64,000 nucleotides of DNA from Verrucomicrobiota bacterium (GTDB lineage Bacteria; Verrucomicrobiota; Verrucomicrobiia; Verrucomicrobiales; DEV007), in the NCBI GenBank assembly GCA_045046875.1, contig JASFYY010000133.1, positions 34,996 through 98,995 of the forward strand. Reading direction: 5' to 3'. Below the pieces are notes generated by a model. It worked only from the letters and a program-made list of their open reading frames with translations, made no database searches and was not told the DNA's origin. How positions within the stretch are numbered: the stretch's first letter is position 1; each line of letters begins with the position of its first letter. Positions 35,709 through 45,171 of the stretch are shown piece after piece. Made by a program: the position numbers and the translations under genes.

Positions 35709-36794
35709 GTGAGGTGGAGCAGAGCAACTTTTTTACCTGTGAAACAAGCTGACCTGACTGTTCTTCCCGCGAGTGATCCGCTGTCGATCCTGCGTTATCG
35801 TGATGGCATCTATGCGGTGGATCTGCTGACGGCGGCGATTTGTGAGTTCGATTTTTTCACCCGCAATGCCGGTGAAGGTGGCACTTTGTCACAGGTTTGT
35901 GAGGAGTTTTCTTTTGCTCCGCGTCTGGCTGACGTGATGCTGACCTTGTTTGTCGCTAATGGCTATCTGGTGTGTGATGATGAGGGGGTTTATCGCAACA
36001 CAGAAACGGCGAACGAGCATTTGGTGAAAACTTCGCCATGGTTTCTGGGGCCGTATTACGACTCGCTGAAAGATCGTCCGGTGGTGATGGATTTTATCCA
36101 GGTTTTAAAAACGGGCAAACCTGCGGTGTGGGGAGGTTATGAGGATCAGCAGGACGATTGGCACGAAGCGATGCACGACGAGGCCTTTGCGCAGTCATTC
36201 ACTGCAGCGATGAATTGCCGCGGATTGTATCTGGGCAAAAAACTCGCGGATGCCTTGGAGCCTTACTTAGAAAATCAAAAACAGGTGCTGGACGTGGGCG
36301 GGGGATCGGGCATTTACGCTTGTGCTTTGGTGGCTAATCATGCGCACTTAAAAGCGCGGGTATTGGAGCAGGCTCCGATTGATCAGATTGCCAGGGATCA
36401 GATCGAGCAGTGTGATTTGGCCGAGAGGATCGATGTGGTGAGCGGGGATATGTTTGAACGCAGCCAGTGGCCGGAGGATTGTGACGTGCATTTGTTTTCG
36501 AATGTGATGCATGACTGGGATGTGCCTGAGATCCGCACTTTGCTCGAGCACTCGTATCAGAGTTTGTCTGCGGGTGGTTTGGTGGTGGTGCATGAGACTT
36601 TTCTTAATTCGGCCAAAACCGGTCCGCTGCCGGTGGCTGAGTATTCCTGCATTTTGGCTCATTCAACCCAGGGTCGTTGTTATTCTACTTTGGAAATGGC
36701 GGATTTTTTGCATGAGGCAGGTTTTGAAAAAATACGCAGCTTCGATACCGCCGGAGATCGCGGGGTGGTATTGGCGCGGAAAATGGATGGCTGA
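35709..36794 (+). CDS. SAM-dependent methyltransferase (Methyltransf_2 with dimerisation domain)
   Basis: VLDVGGGSG, GDMF, SNVMHDW; start may be GTG 35739. Confidence 0.9.
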   Translation: MRWSRATFLPVKQADLTVLPASDPLSILRYRDGIYAVDLLTAAICEFDFFTRNAGEGGTLSQVCEEFSFAPRLADVMLTLFVANGYLVCDDEGVYRNTETANEHLVKTSPWFLGPYYDSLKDRPVVMDFIQVLKTGKPAVWGGYEDQQDDWHEAMHDEAFAQSFTAAMNCRGLYLGKKLADALEPYLENQKQVLDVGGGSGIYACALVANHAHLKARVLEQAPIDQIARDQIEQCDLAERIDVVSGDMFERSQWPEDCDVHLFSNVMHDWDVPEIRTLLEHSYQSLSAGGLVVVHETFLNSAKTGPLPVAEYSCILAHSTQGRCYSTLEMADFLHEAGFEKIRSFDTAGDRGVVLARKMDG

Positions 36795-36811
36795 TAAGCA
36801 GGAGCTTATTA

Positions 36812-36839
36812 TGGACAGTTGGGTGAATGGTCCTAGTGT
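36812..36839 (+). promoter_or_regulatory. Putative promoter for a leaderless transcript
   Basis: TGGACA-16 bp-TAGTGT-6 bp-ATG(36846); conserved upstream of the paralogue. Confidence 0.5.
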
Positions 36840-36845
36840 GGCGTG

Positions 36846-39734
36846 ATGAATCCCCGTTTATTGTTGTTGCTGATATTGCCTGGCATGGTTTTTTCCAGCT
36901 CCTTGCGGTCTGAGGATTGGCCGATGTGGCGTCACGATTCCGGACGGACTGCGGTAGCGAGTGAGAGTTTGGGTGACGGAAAAATGGAGCTGTTGTGGTC
37001 ACGTCGTTTGCCGCTGAACAAGCCGGCTTATCATGACGGACGTTTGCAATTTGACCGGGGGTATGAGCCGGTGGCGGTTGGGGGTCGATTGTTCATCGGC
37101 TCCAATCTGGATGACAGCGTATCGGCTTTTGATGCAAATACCGGCAAGCAGTTGTGGAAGTTCTTCACTGAAGGGCCGGTTCGATTTGCTCCGGTGGTGT
37201 GGCAGGGCAAAGTTATTTTTGGCTCCGATGACGGGCATCTCTATAGTGTGTCAGTGGAGAAAGGGGAGCTTTTGTGGAAGTTCCGCGCAGTGCCCTCAGC
37301 GCGTAAGTTGACCGGCAATCAACGTTTGATCTCGGTGTGGCCGGTGCGCGGTGGTCCGGTGGTGCATCAAGGGCGTATTTATTTTGCTGCGGGTGTTTTG
37401 CCTTTTGAAGGGGTGTTTGTTTATTGTCTGGATGTCGTCAGTGGCGAGGTGATCTGGCTGAATGATCGTACGGGGCATATCTACGGGCAGCAGCCACATG
37501 GCAGTGAAGCCTTGGGGGGATTGGCTCCTCAGGGGTATTTGCTGGTGAATGAAGATGAACTGGTGGTTCCCAGTAGCAATGCATATCCGGCGACCTTTGA
37601 TTTGAAGACGGGTGAGTTGAAAGCGTTTAAGTTGCCTAACGCAGGCAGAAAGCCGGGTGGGTGGTTTGCTTCGACGGCGGCAGCCAAAAAGAAACAAAAG
37701 CAGAAACGCCGGGGTTTGCTGTTCGATGATGAGGTCAATCAAGCTCGTCACGAATATGGGCCTTATAAAGAGGGGGATGCAGGGGTTCGCGATAAAATCG
37801 TCACCGGAACTGTTGAGTGGGATTTCAAAAAGGCCTTTCCAGAGCTTAATAAAGAGGTTTATACGATGTTGGCAGCCGGAGGGAAGTTGTTTGTGGTCAC
37901 CTTGGATGGAGGGATCTATGCCTACGGTCATTTGGATGAACAGACGAAGAAGGATCATAAAATGAACAAGTACCGGGCTGCGTCGAATTCCTTGCCGACC
38001 AAGTCCGCTGCCGAAGCGATGATTTTGCTGGCATCGGTCAAACAAAAACGAGGTTTGATGGTCATGATGGGAGCGGCGGATAATCTGGTTTTGCAGACTT
38101 TGTTGAAGTTCAGTAACTTCCGTATTCTGGTGATTGAGCCCGATGCCGGGCGAGTGAAAAAACTGCGTGATTTTCTAGATCACCGGGGATTGTATGGAAG
38201 CTGGGTGACAGTTTGGCATCGGCCGGGTTTGGAAATGAACCTGCCGCCATATTCGGTTGATGTGATGGTGGTCAATCAGTCGGCTGCGCTCAAGCCTGAA
38301 ACCGTGAGCAAGTGGTATCAGAGTCTGCGCCCTTTTGGTGGAACTTTGTTGGGGGCGGGTAAGTTGTTGGAAGTGGCAAAGTCGGTCAAATTATCTCATG
38401 CTCAGTTTGATGATGATGGACAGGGCTTGGGACAGGTTATTCGTCAGGGGGCTTTGCCGGGGGCGAGCAATTACACCGGAGATTGGAGCCAGAGTCCTGA
38501 TGCCCGGGTGAAAGCGCCGTTGGGAACCTTGTGGTTTGATGACAGCCTTGGGCTTTATAAAAGATCTCCCCAGCCAAAAATCATCGACGGGGTGATGATA
38601 TCGACTAATAAGGATTGGCATGATGACTCGAGTCGCGGCGCCGGGGAGGCGCGTTTGTTGGACGCGCAGTTTTCCAGTGTTTATACCGGGCGGGTGTTTG
38701 AAGCGGATGAGGTGTTGCCTCTGAGGCAGTCCTTTGGAATGGTTGATTTGAAAAGCATGCAGCCGTGGACTTATCGCCCACCGACCCATGAAAAGAATTT
38801 TCGGGCGGGGCCGCTGCAAGCCGGGACTCGAATCAACTTGTTGACTGGTGAAAAGGAACCACGTGTGTTCACCAAGAGGTATGGCTGTGACGGCGGTTTT
38901 GATTATGGCCGGATGTTCACGATGAGATCAGCAACGGCGGCTTTTTATGACAAGACGATCGAGAGCGGGCCGATCAATATCAGTGGCCCCCGATCGGGCT
39001 GCACCAATAGTGTGATTCCGGCGGCAGGGGTGCTCAATGTGCCGTATTTTTATCAAGGCTGCACTTGCAGTTATCCTTTGCCAATAGGTTTGTCGCTGGT
39101 CAGTCAGCCGCAGACTTACGAGCAATGGATGGCGTGGGGAGCGGTGGAGCGTGCTGAGTTTGCTGGTAAAATAGTGCGGTTGGGAGTGAACCTGGGAGCT
39201 TTGGGGGATCGGGTGACGGACGACGGCACTTTGTGGCTGGATCACCCCTCGGTGGGAGGGCCGTCGCCGGATGTGGAAGTGGTGGTCAAACCTGAACAGG
39301 CTAAGCCTTTTTACCATCACTCACTTTGGGTGGAGGGAGGCAGGGGCTGGCCATGGGTGGCGTCGTCGGGTATGCAAGGGGTGGAGCAAGTGGAGATCGG
39401 GGGAGTGAAAGCGGGTGAGTATTCTGTGCGTTTGGTATTTATCGAGCCGGAGAATTTAACGGTTGGGCAGCGGGTGTTCGATGTCTCTTTGCAAGGTAAG
39501 TCAGTGCTTAAATCTTTTGATGTGATGAAAGAGGGGCAGGGACGCATGCGGGCGGTGACCAAAATTATTGGTGGAGTGGTGGTGGCGGAAGATGGGGAAA
39601 TTTTGGTAGCTTTGAAAAGGATCAAAGGCTTGCCGGTTTTGAGCGGAATTGAGTTGATTCGCACGGGCTTGCCGTCTGATCAACCGTTGGCATTGCAAGA
39701 AGTGATGACGCGACCTTTGCAGGGAATTAAATGA
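36846..39734 (+). CDS. Secreted PQQ/BamB-type beta-propeller protein with C-terminal malectin-like domain (paralogue 1)
   Basis: EDWPMWRHD, repeated AFDANTGKQLWKF-type blades, central Rossmann-like segment (LRPFGG), RSGCTNS / GCTCSY, VRLVFIE..GQRVFDVSLQG. Confidence 0.85.
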   Translation: MNPRLLLLLILPGMVFSSSLRSEDWPMWRHDSGRTAVASESLGDGKMELLWSRRLPLNKPAYHDGRLQFDRGYEPVAVGGRLFIGSNLDDSVSAFDANTGKQLWKFFTEGPVRFAPVVWQGKVIFGSDDGHLYSVSVEKGELLWKFRAVPSARKLTGNQRLISVWPVRGGPVVHQGRIYFAAGVLPFEGVFVYCLDVVSGEVIWLNDRTGHIYGQQPHGSEALGGLAPQGYLLVNEDELVVPSSNAYPATFDLKTGELKAFKLPNAGRKPGGWFASTAAAKKKQKQKRRGLLFDDEVNQARHEYGPYKEGDAGVRDKIVTGTVEWDFKKAFPELNKEVYTMLAAGGKLFVVTLDGGIYAYGHLDEQTKKDHKMNKYRAASNSLPTKSAAEAMILLASVKQKRGLMVMMGAADNLVLQTLLKFSNFRILVIEPDAGRVKKLRDFLDHRGLYGSWVTVWHRPGLEMNLPPYSVDVMVVNQSAALKPETVSKWYQSLRPFGGTLLGAGKLLEVAKSVKLSHAQFDDDGQGLGQVIRQGALPGASNYTGDWSQSPDARVKAPLGTLWFDDSLGLYKRSPQPKIIDGVMISTNKDWHDDSSRGAGEARLLDAQFSSVYTGRVFEADEVLPLRQSFGMVDLKSMQPWTYRPPTHEKNFRAGPLQAGTRINLLTGEKEPRVFTKRYGCDGGFDYGRMFTMRSATAAFYDKTIESGPINISGPRSGCTNSVIPAAGVLNVPYFYQGCTCSYPLPIGLSLVSQPQTYEQWMAWGAVERAEFAGKIVRLGVNLGALGDRVTDDGTLWLDHPSVGGPSPDVEVVVKPEQAKPFYHHSLWVEGGRGWPWVASSGMQGVEQVEIGGVKAGEYSVRLVFIEPENLTVGQRVFDVSLQGKSVLKSFDVMKEGQGRMRAVTKIIGGVVVAEDGEILVALKRIKGLPVLSGIELIRTGLPSDQPLALQEVMTRPLQGIK

Positions 39735-39779
39735 TAGGTGGGGAGAGGGGTTTTTCATTTCATCTGCATGAGATTGATA

Positions 39780-39807
39780 TAGACAGTTGGGCGATGTGTT
39801 CTAGGGT
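39780..39807 (+). promoter_or_regulatory. Putative promoter for a leaderless transcript
   Basis: TAGACA-16 bp-TAGGGT-6 bp-ATG(39814). Confidence 0.5.
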
Positions 39808-39813
39808 TTGGGC

Positions 39814-42696
39814 ATGAAACCCCGTTTTTTATTTTCTGTTCTGGCTTTGTTTTTTGTTTGTTCTCTGTCTTCTTTACGATCCGAGGATTGGCCAATGTGG
39901 CGCCACGATGCAGGACGCACGGCGGAGTCGGCGGAGAGTTTTGATGTGGATAAGTTAGAGCTGCTGTGGTTGCGCCGACTGCCGGTGATCAAACCAGCAT
40001 TTCGCGATGGGCGTTTGCAGTTTGATAGGGGATACGAACCTGTGGCCGCAGACAACCGGCTATTCATTGGTTCTAATCTCGATGACAGTGTGACGGCTTT
40101 TGATGCCACGTCTGGCAATCAGTTGTGGAAATTTTTTACTGAAGGACCGGTGCGTTTCGCACCAGTGGTTTGGAAAGACAAACTGCTGTTTGGTTCGGAT
40201 GATGGGCACCTTTATTGTGTGTCGGCAGAGAAAGGTGAGTTGTTGTGGAAGTTCCGCGCGGTGCCCTCTGCGCGAAAGTTGACTGGTAACAAACGGTTGA
40301 TTTCTGTCTGGCCAGTTCGCGGAGGGCCGGTGGTGCATGAGGATAAGGTTTATTTTGCTGCGGGCGTTTTGCCTTTTGAGGGAGTTTTTGTCTACTCTCT
40401 AGATGCGGCGACGGGCAAAGTTCATTGGTTGAACGATAGCACGGGTTACCTTTATGGGCAGCAACCGCATGGCACTGAAGCACTCGGGGGATTGGCTCCG
40501 CAGGGTTATTTGTTGATTGATGAGCAGGATCTGGTGGTGCCGAGCAGTAATGCTTATCCGGCGAGATTTGATTTAAAAACAGGCAGGTTGAAGGAGTTCA
40601 AATTACCGAGTGCAGGTAAAGTGCCGGGCGGATGGTTTGCTTCGACCCCGGCAGCTAAAGCTCAGCAGAAGTTGAAACGACGAGGAGTGATTTTTGATAA
40701 TGCGGTCAACCGGGTGCGTCATGAAGACAAGCCCCATGTGGAGGGGCTGCCGAATGTGAGAACAACAATTGCCACAGGCGATAAGGAATGGTTGTTCTCT
40801 GACGGGTTGCCGAATGTGAAAGGTGAGATTCATACTATGCTGGCGGCGGATGGGAAGTTGTTTGTAGCGACTTTGGAAGGGGGGATCTATGCTTTTGTGG
40901 AGAAAAAGGAAGGAGCGGAAAAGGCTAAGGGTGTGCGTAATTTTATGACTAAAGTCGACCCGTGCAGTATCAAACCATCGAGCCGGGCTTCGCTGTTGTT
41001 GAACAAGGTGAGAAATAAACATGGATTGGTAGTGGTGATGGGAGGAGCGGACGAGGCTTTGTTGGAGGGTTTGATGGAGAATAATAATTTTCGTCTGTTG
41101 GTTTTGGAAGGTGATGCCAAGCGTGCGGCTGAGCTTAGACGTTACTTGTATGGCCGAGGATTGTATGGGCGCTGGGTGACCGTGATGAATCAAAATCCAC
41201 AAGAGGTGGAGTTGCCGCCTTATGTGGCAGACTTGATGATCGTAGGTGAAAAGCTAGTGGTGGAACCAGAGCAGTTGACGCTTTGGTATGACTACTTGCG
41301 TCCTTATGGCGGAGTGATGTTGGGGGCTGAAGCTTTGATCGATGTAGCGGAGGCTTCGTCTTTGCCCAGGGCTCAGTTTGAAGGGGTAGACGGATTGACT
41401 GTGATCACTCGTCAAGGGCCCTTGGTGGGAGCGACGAATTACACTGGCAACTGGGAGAAGAGCGCTGATCAGCGGGTGAAAGCGCCTTTGGGGACTTTGT
41501 GGTTTGATGATGATTTGGGACTGTTCAAGCGGTCGCCACAGCCAAAAATTGTCGATGGAGTGATGATTTCGACCAATAAAGATTGGCATGATATTTCTGC
41601 CCGAACCGGAAAGCAGGATTACCGTTTGCTGCCGCCGAAGTTTTCCAATGTTTACACCGGACGGGTGTTGGCAGCCGACGAAGCGATGTCACAAAGGCAA
41701 TCTTTTTCCGAAGTGGATTTCAAAACCGTTCAGCCGGTTCAGTATCGTCCGTCTACGCAAAAAAATGAATGGAGACCAGAACAGCCGCAACCGGGCAAGC
41801 GCTTGAATTTGCTGACGGGTGAAAAAGAAGTGAGGTCTTTCACCAAGCAGTATGGTTGTGACGGAGGTTTTGATTATGGCAATCTTTACACCATGCGCTC
41901 GGCGACACCTGCTTTTTATGACAAAACGATCGAGAGCGGACCGATCAATCTCAGTGGGCCGAGATCGGGTTGCACCAACAGCGTGATCCCGGCGGCAGGC
42001 GTTCTGAATGTGCCTTATTTTTATGAGGGCTGCACTTGCGCGTATCCTTTGCCAATCGGTTTGTCATTGGTGAACCAGCCGCAGACTTACGAGCAGTGGA
42101 CGGCTTGGGGCGCGGTGGCCAAGGAGAAAACTGCGGGCAAGATTCAGCGTATGGGGATCAACTTGGGGGCGCCGGGTGACCGGGTTACGCATGATGGCAC
42201 CCTGTGGGTGGATTTTCCCTCGGTCGGCGGACCTTCGCCAGAGGTGGAGGTGGTGGTTCAACCGGCCGCGGCAAAGACTTTTTATCATCACTCCTTGTGG
42301 ATTGAGGGCGGCAAGGGCTGGCCATGGGTCGCGGCTTCAGGCATGCGAGGGGTGACGTCGCTTGAGCTCAAGGGGCTCAAGCCGGGCACTTATGCGCTGC
42401 GTTTGGTTTTTGTCGAAGCGGAGAATAAAAAAGCCGGAGAGCGGGTATTTGATGTGTCCGTGCAGGGTCAGGCGGTGTTGAAAAATCTGGATGTGGTGAA
42501 GGAGGGCAAGGGGCGGATGCGGGCGGTGACAAAAATCCAGCCGAAGGTTGTGGTGGCGGACGACGGACGGTTGTTTGTGGAACTGAAAGCCAGCAAAGGG
42601 GAGGCGACCTTGAGTGGTATTGAGTTGATTCGAGAGGGTTTGAAAGCGGACGAACCTCCGGTATTGGAAGACCGAGTGACTACGGTTCTACGTTAG
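39814..42696 (+). CDS. Secreted PQQ/BamB-type beta-propeller protein with C-terminal malectin-like domain (paralogue 2)
   Basis: Collinear with 36846..39734, with long identical blocks. Confidence 0.85.
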   Translation: MKPRFLFSVLALFFVCSLSSLRSEDWPMWRHDAGRTAESAESFDVDKLELLWLRRLPVIKPAFRDGRLQFDRGYEPVAADNRLFIGSNLDDSVTAFDATSGNQLWKFFTEGPVRFAPVVWKDKLLFGSDDGHLYCVSAEKGELLWKFRAVPSARKLTGNKRLISVWPVRGGPVVHEDKVYFAAGVLPFEGVFVYSLDAATGKVHWLNDSTGYLYGQQPHGTEALGGLAPQGYLLIDEQDLVVPSSNAYPARFDLKTGRLKEFKLPSAGKVPGGWFASTPAAKAQQKLKRRGVIFDNAVNRVRHEDKPHVEGLPNVRTTIATGDKEWLFSDGLPNVKGEIHTMLAADGKLFVATLEGGIYAFVEKKEGAEKAKGVRNFMTKVDPCSIKPSSRASLLLNKVRNKHGLVVVMGGADEALLEGLMENNNFRLLVLEGDAKRAAELRRYLYGRGLYGRWVTVMNQNPQEVELPPYVADLMIVGEKLVVEPEQLTLWYDYLRPYGGVMLGAEALIDVAEASSLPRAQFEGVDGLTVITRQGPLVGATNYTGNWEKSADQRVKAPLGTLWFDDDLGLFKRSPQPKIVDGVMISTNKDWHDISARTGKQDYRLLPPKFSNVYTGRVLAADEAMSQRQSFSEVDFKTVQPVQYRPSTQKNEWRPEQPQPGKRLNLLTGEKEVRSFTKQYGCDGGFDYGNLYTMRSATPAFYDKTIESGPINLSGPRSGCTNSVIPAAGVLNVPYFYEGCTCAYPLPIGLSLVNQPQTYEQWTAWGAVAKEKTAGKIQRMGINLGAPGDRVTHDGTLWVDFPSVGGPSPEVEVVVQPAAAKTFYHHSLWIEGGKGWPWVAASGMRGVTSLELKGLKPGTYALRLVFVEAENKKAGERVFDVSVQGQAVLKNLDVVKEGKGRMRAVTKIQPKVVVADDGRLFVELKASKGEATLSGIELIREGLKADEPPVLEDRVTTVLR

Positions 42697-42729
42697 TTTG
42701 AGAGGAGGCAGGTTTTTTGAATACAGGTA

Positions 42730-42861
42730 AACCACTGATGAGCACTGATGTTTTAAGGGGGAGGCGCTTCCTTTGAAATTGGGGTAAGCTTAAATAGCTC
42801 TTCGATTTTCTTTCCCGCAGCTTTGTTGAAAATCAGTGTCTATCAGTGCAAATCAGTGGTT
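42730..42861. repeat. 10-bp periodic CACTGAT inverted-repeat element (MITE-like) between convergent genes
   Basis: AACCACTGATGAGCACTGATGTTTT versus AAAATCAGTGTCTATCAGTGCAAATCAGTGGTT. Confidence 0.7.
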
Positions 42862-42974
42862 AGAACATAAATTAGTTGTTTTTTGGGAAAGGGTGCGTTG
42901 GGGGGCGGGAGAGTAGTGCAGATCTCCATAGCTGCAGGGTGGGGAGGTTGCTGGGCAGATATGGAAATTCTGCC

Positions 42975-44294
42975 CTACGTGGGAGGAGTCAGGTTTTCTT
43001 TGACCCATTGCAGGGCTTCTTCGCGGGTGTTGAGTTTGGACTCGAGTTGTTGGTCTTGGATTTGTAGCAATACTTCGCCCATGGCGGGGCTGGGTTTCCA
43101 GCCGAGCTCTTTGAGGTCGTTGCCGCTGACGAGTGGTGGTGGGATGAGCGGTTCGGCGGAAAATTCGGTCTCTTTTTGCTGTATGAATTCGTAATTATCC
43201 AAGAGGCCGTTGCTGCCGAGGCAGTCGACGCGGTGCAGCTCGAGTTCATCGTTGAAGGTCGGGCGAGCCATCATGCGCTTGAGCTTGGCCGTGCGCATGT
43301 CTTGCACGTTGATGAAGCTCATGTGGTGTTTCACCGCAATGGTGGCATCGTCGATGATGTCGTTTTTGTAGCGCAGGCGCCGTAGGATGTCAGCGGTCAT
43401 TTCAGCTCCGAGCCGGTCGTGGCCATTGAAGCGGATGCGTTGGTCGGCTTCGTCAAAGGTCTGGGTGGCGGGCTTGGCGATGTCGTGGAACAAGACGGAC
43501 AATATCAAAGGTAAAGAATCCACTTCGTCAGGCAAGAGGCTGAGCATCAGGCGGGTGTGGATGAACACATCACCTTCGGGATGGAACTGGGGAGGTTGCT
43601 CGCAGCCTTGCAAATGTATGATCTCTGGAAAAATCGCTTTCATCAGGCCGCTTTCGACCAGCAGGTCAAAACCTTTCACCCGGCGTGGAGACAACCAAAT
43701 ACGGTTGAGTTCGTCGCGGATTCTCTCCGGGCTGATTTGAGTGATCTGTGGGGCGTGTTGTTTGAGTGCCTGCCAGGTGTTTTTTTCGATTTCAAAGTCG
43801 AGAACGGTGGCGAAGCGGATCGCCCGCATCAGGCGTAGGTAATCTTCAGCAAAACGCAGTTCAGGATCGCCGATGGCGCGGATCAGGCCTTTTTCCAGAT
43901 CTTCCTGGCCGCCGACATAATCGATGATTTTTTCTTCAACGGGGTCGAAGAACATGCCGTTGATGGTGAAGTCACGACGCTTGGCGTCTTCTTTGGCGTC
44001 GGTGAAAGTGACTTGATCGGGGTGGCGACCGTTGGAGGATTCGCCGTCGGCGCGGAAAGTGGCGATCTCGAAGTCCCATTTCTGATGACGGATCAGAATC
44101 ACTCCGAAATGTGCCCCGATGGTATTGCCGTCCGGGTAGATTTGCAGGATGTCATCGGGGCGTGCGCTGGTGGCGATGTCGAAGTCCTTGGGCGTTACGC
44201 CGCGCAGGTAGTCACGCACACAGCCTCCGGCGAAATAGGCCTGGTGACCACTTTGACGTAGTTTTTGAATGATTTCCGAGGCGCGTTTTTTCAT
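42975..44294 (-). CDS. cca: CCA tRNA nucleotidyltransferase with HD domain
   Basis: AGGCVRD, KDFDIAT, EIATFR, DAKRRDFTIN, EDYLRLMRAIRF, HPEGDVFIHT, HDIAKP; ATG 44294 overlaps the upstream stop. Confidence 0.92.
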   Translation of the reverse strand: MKKRASEIIQKLRQSGHQAYFAGGCVRDYLRGVTPKDFDIATSARPDDILQIYPDGNTIGAHFGVILIRHQKWDFEIATFRADGESSNGRHPDQVTFTDAKEDAKRRDFTINGMFFDPVEEKIIDYVGGQEDLEKGLIRAIGDPELRFAEDYLRLMRAIRFATVLDFEIEKNTWQALKQHAPQITQISPERIRDELNRIWLSPRRVKGFDLLVESGLMKAIFPEIIHLQGCEQPPQFHPEGDVFIHTRLMLSLLPDEVDSLPLILSVLFHDIAKPATQTFDEADQRIRFNGHDRLGAEMTADILRRLRYKNDIIDDATIAVKHHMSFINVQDMRTAKLKRMMARPTFNDELELHRVDCLGSNGLLDNYEFIQQKETEFSAEPLIPPPLVSGNDLKELGWKPSPAMGEVLLQIQDQQLESKLNTREEALQWVKENLTPPT

Positions 44295-45025
44295 GGTTGC
44301 ACGGTAGAAGGCAGCCGCACGGCTTTGGCTTTCAGTGTTTGTTTGGTGGGTAGTTGGATGCCGAGTTGGTGGGCCGAGATGACCCGGGCGGCGGCGGCTT
44401 CCATGTTGGTGAAATGCCACCACTCGTCATTGATGATGCTGAAACCTGCTTTTTTCATCGCTTTCTGCAGGAGGGTCAAGTTGCGTAAAATCACCGGATC
44501 ACCTCCACTGTAAGTGGAGGCGGCGGCAGGAGTGAACTCGTCGTGGGCAGTGGGCATTGCCAGCTCGCGACCCTTCCGATCCACTAGGGTGACATCCACT
44601 GCGACACCATAACAATGCAGAGAGGTGCCCATTTCGGGTGGTACCACATAAGCGGATTTTTTGGAGGCCTGCCACAGTTGACGGTGCACTTCCGGAGGCC
44701 GGTAGGCGTCCCAGACTTTCAGTCCGAGTTTGTGTTTGCGCAGTATCTTCTGGGCACGTTTCAAGCGAGCCAAAGTCATCCGGTACAACAGGCAGGGCAT
44801 GTCGGGCGGGTATAGCATGCGACCGGTGAAGTTGTTTGCGGTGGCGTATTTGAGTTCGATGAATATGCCGGGGATCAAGGTGTCCACAGGGGCGAGGTTC
44901 ACGGCGGTTGCTTTTTTCAGAATCTCCAACCGACGCATGGTGACGGTGTTTTTTGCAGCCAAGCGGTCAGGGGCGAAAATGGCCATGCCACAGAGAATCA
45001 CTAGGATCAGGGCAGGTGTTTTCAC
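44291..45025 (-). CDS. ddpX: D-Ala-D-Ala dipeptidase (M15D, VanX/DdpX family), secreted
   Basis: YATANNFTG, WDAYRP, SLHCYGVAVD (SxHxxGxAxD), EWWHF. Confidence 0.9.
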   Translation of the reverse strand: MKTPALILVILCGMAIFAPDRLAAKNTVTMRRLEILKKATAVNLAPVDTLIPGIFIELKYATANNFTGRMLYPPDMPCLLYRMTLARLKRAQKILRKHKLGLKVWDAYRPPEVHRQLWQASKKSAYVVPPEMGTSLHCYGVAVDVTLVDRKGRELAMPTAHDEFTPAAASTYSGGDPVILRNLTLLQKAMKKAGFSIINDEWWHFTNMEAAAARVISAHQLGIQLPTKQTLKAKAVRLPSTVQP

Positions 45026-45171
45026 TGCGAGAGAGAGCAGGCGGGTGGGATGCTGGATAAATGCCGTGGACACAAATGGGTTGGGTGGTATAGACTTCAC
45101 AAGAGTTTGAGCGAGGAAACGGGCTCTCGCAAGCAAAGCTCACAAAAATACGAGCTCTTATTATAAATACA

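Noticed and set aside
44295..44423. N-terminal extension of the CCA enzyme in the ORF track
   Set aside because: Overlaps the dipeptidase gene; the ATGA junction at 44291-44294 gives the natural start.
44291..45025. Vancomycin resistance (vanX)
   Set aside because: No vanA/vanH/vanRS; coupled to cca and has a signal peptide, so likely housekeeping peptidoglycan turnover.
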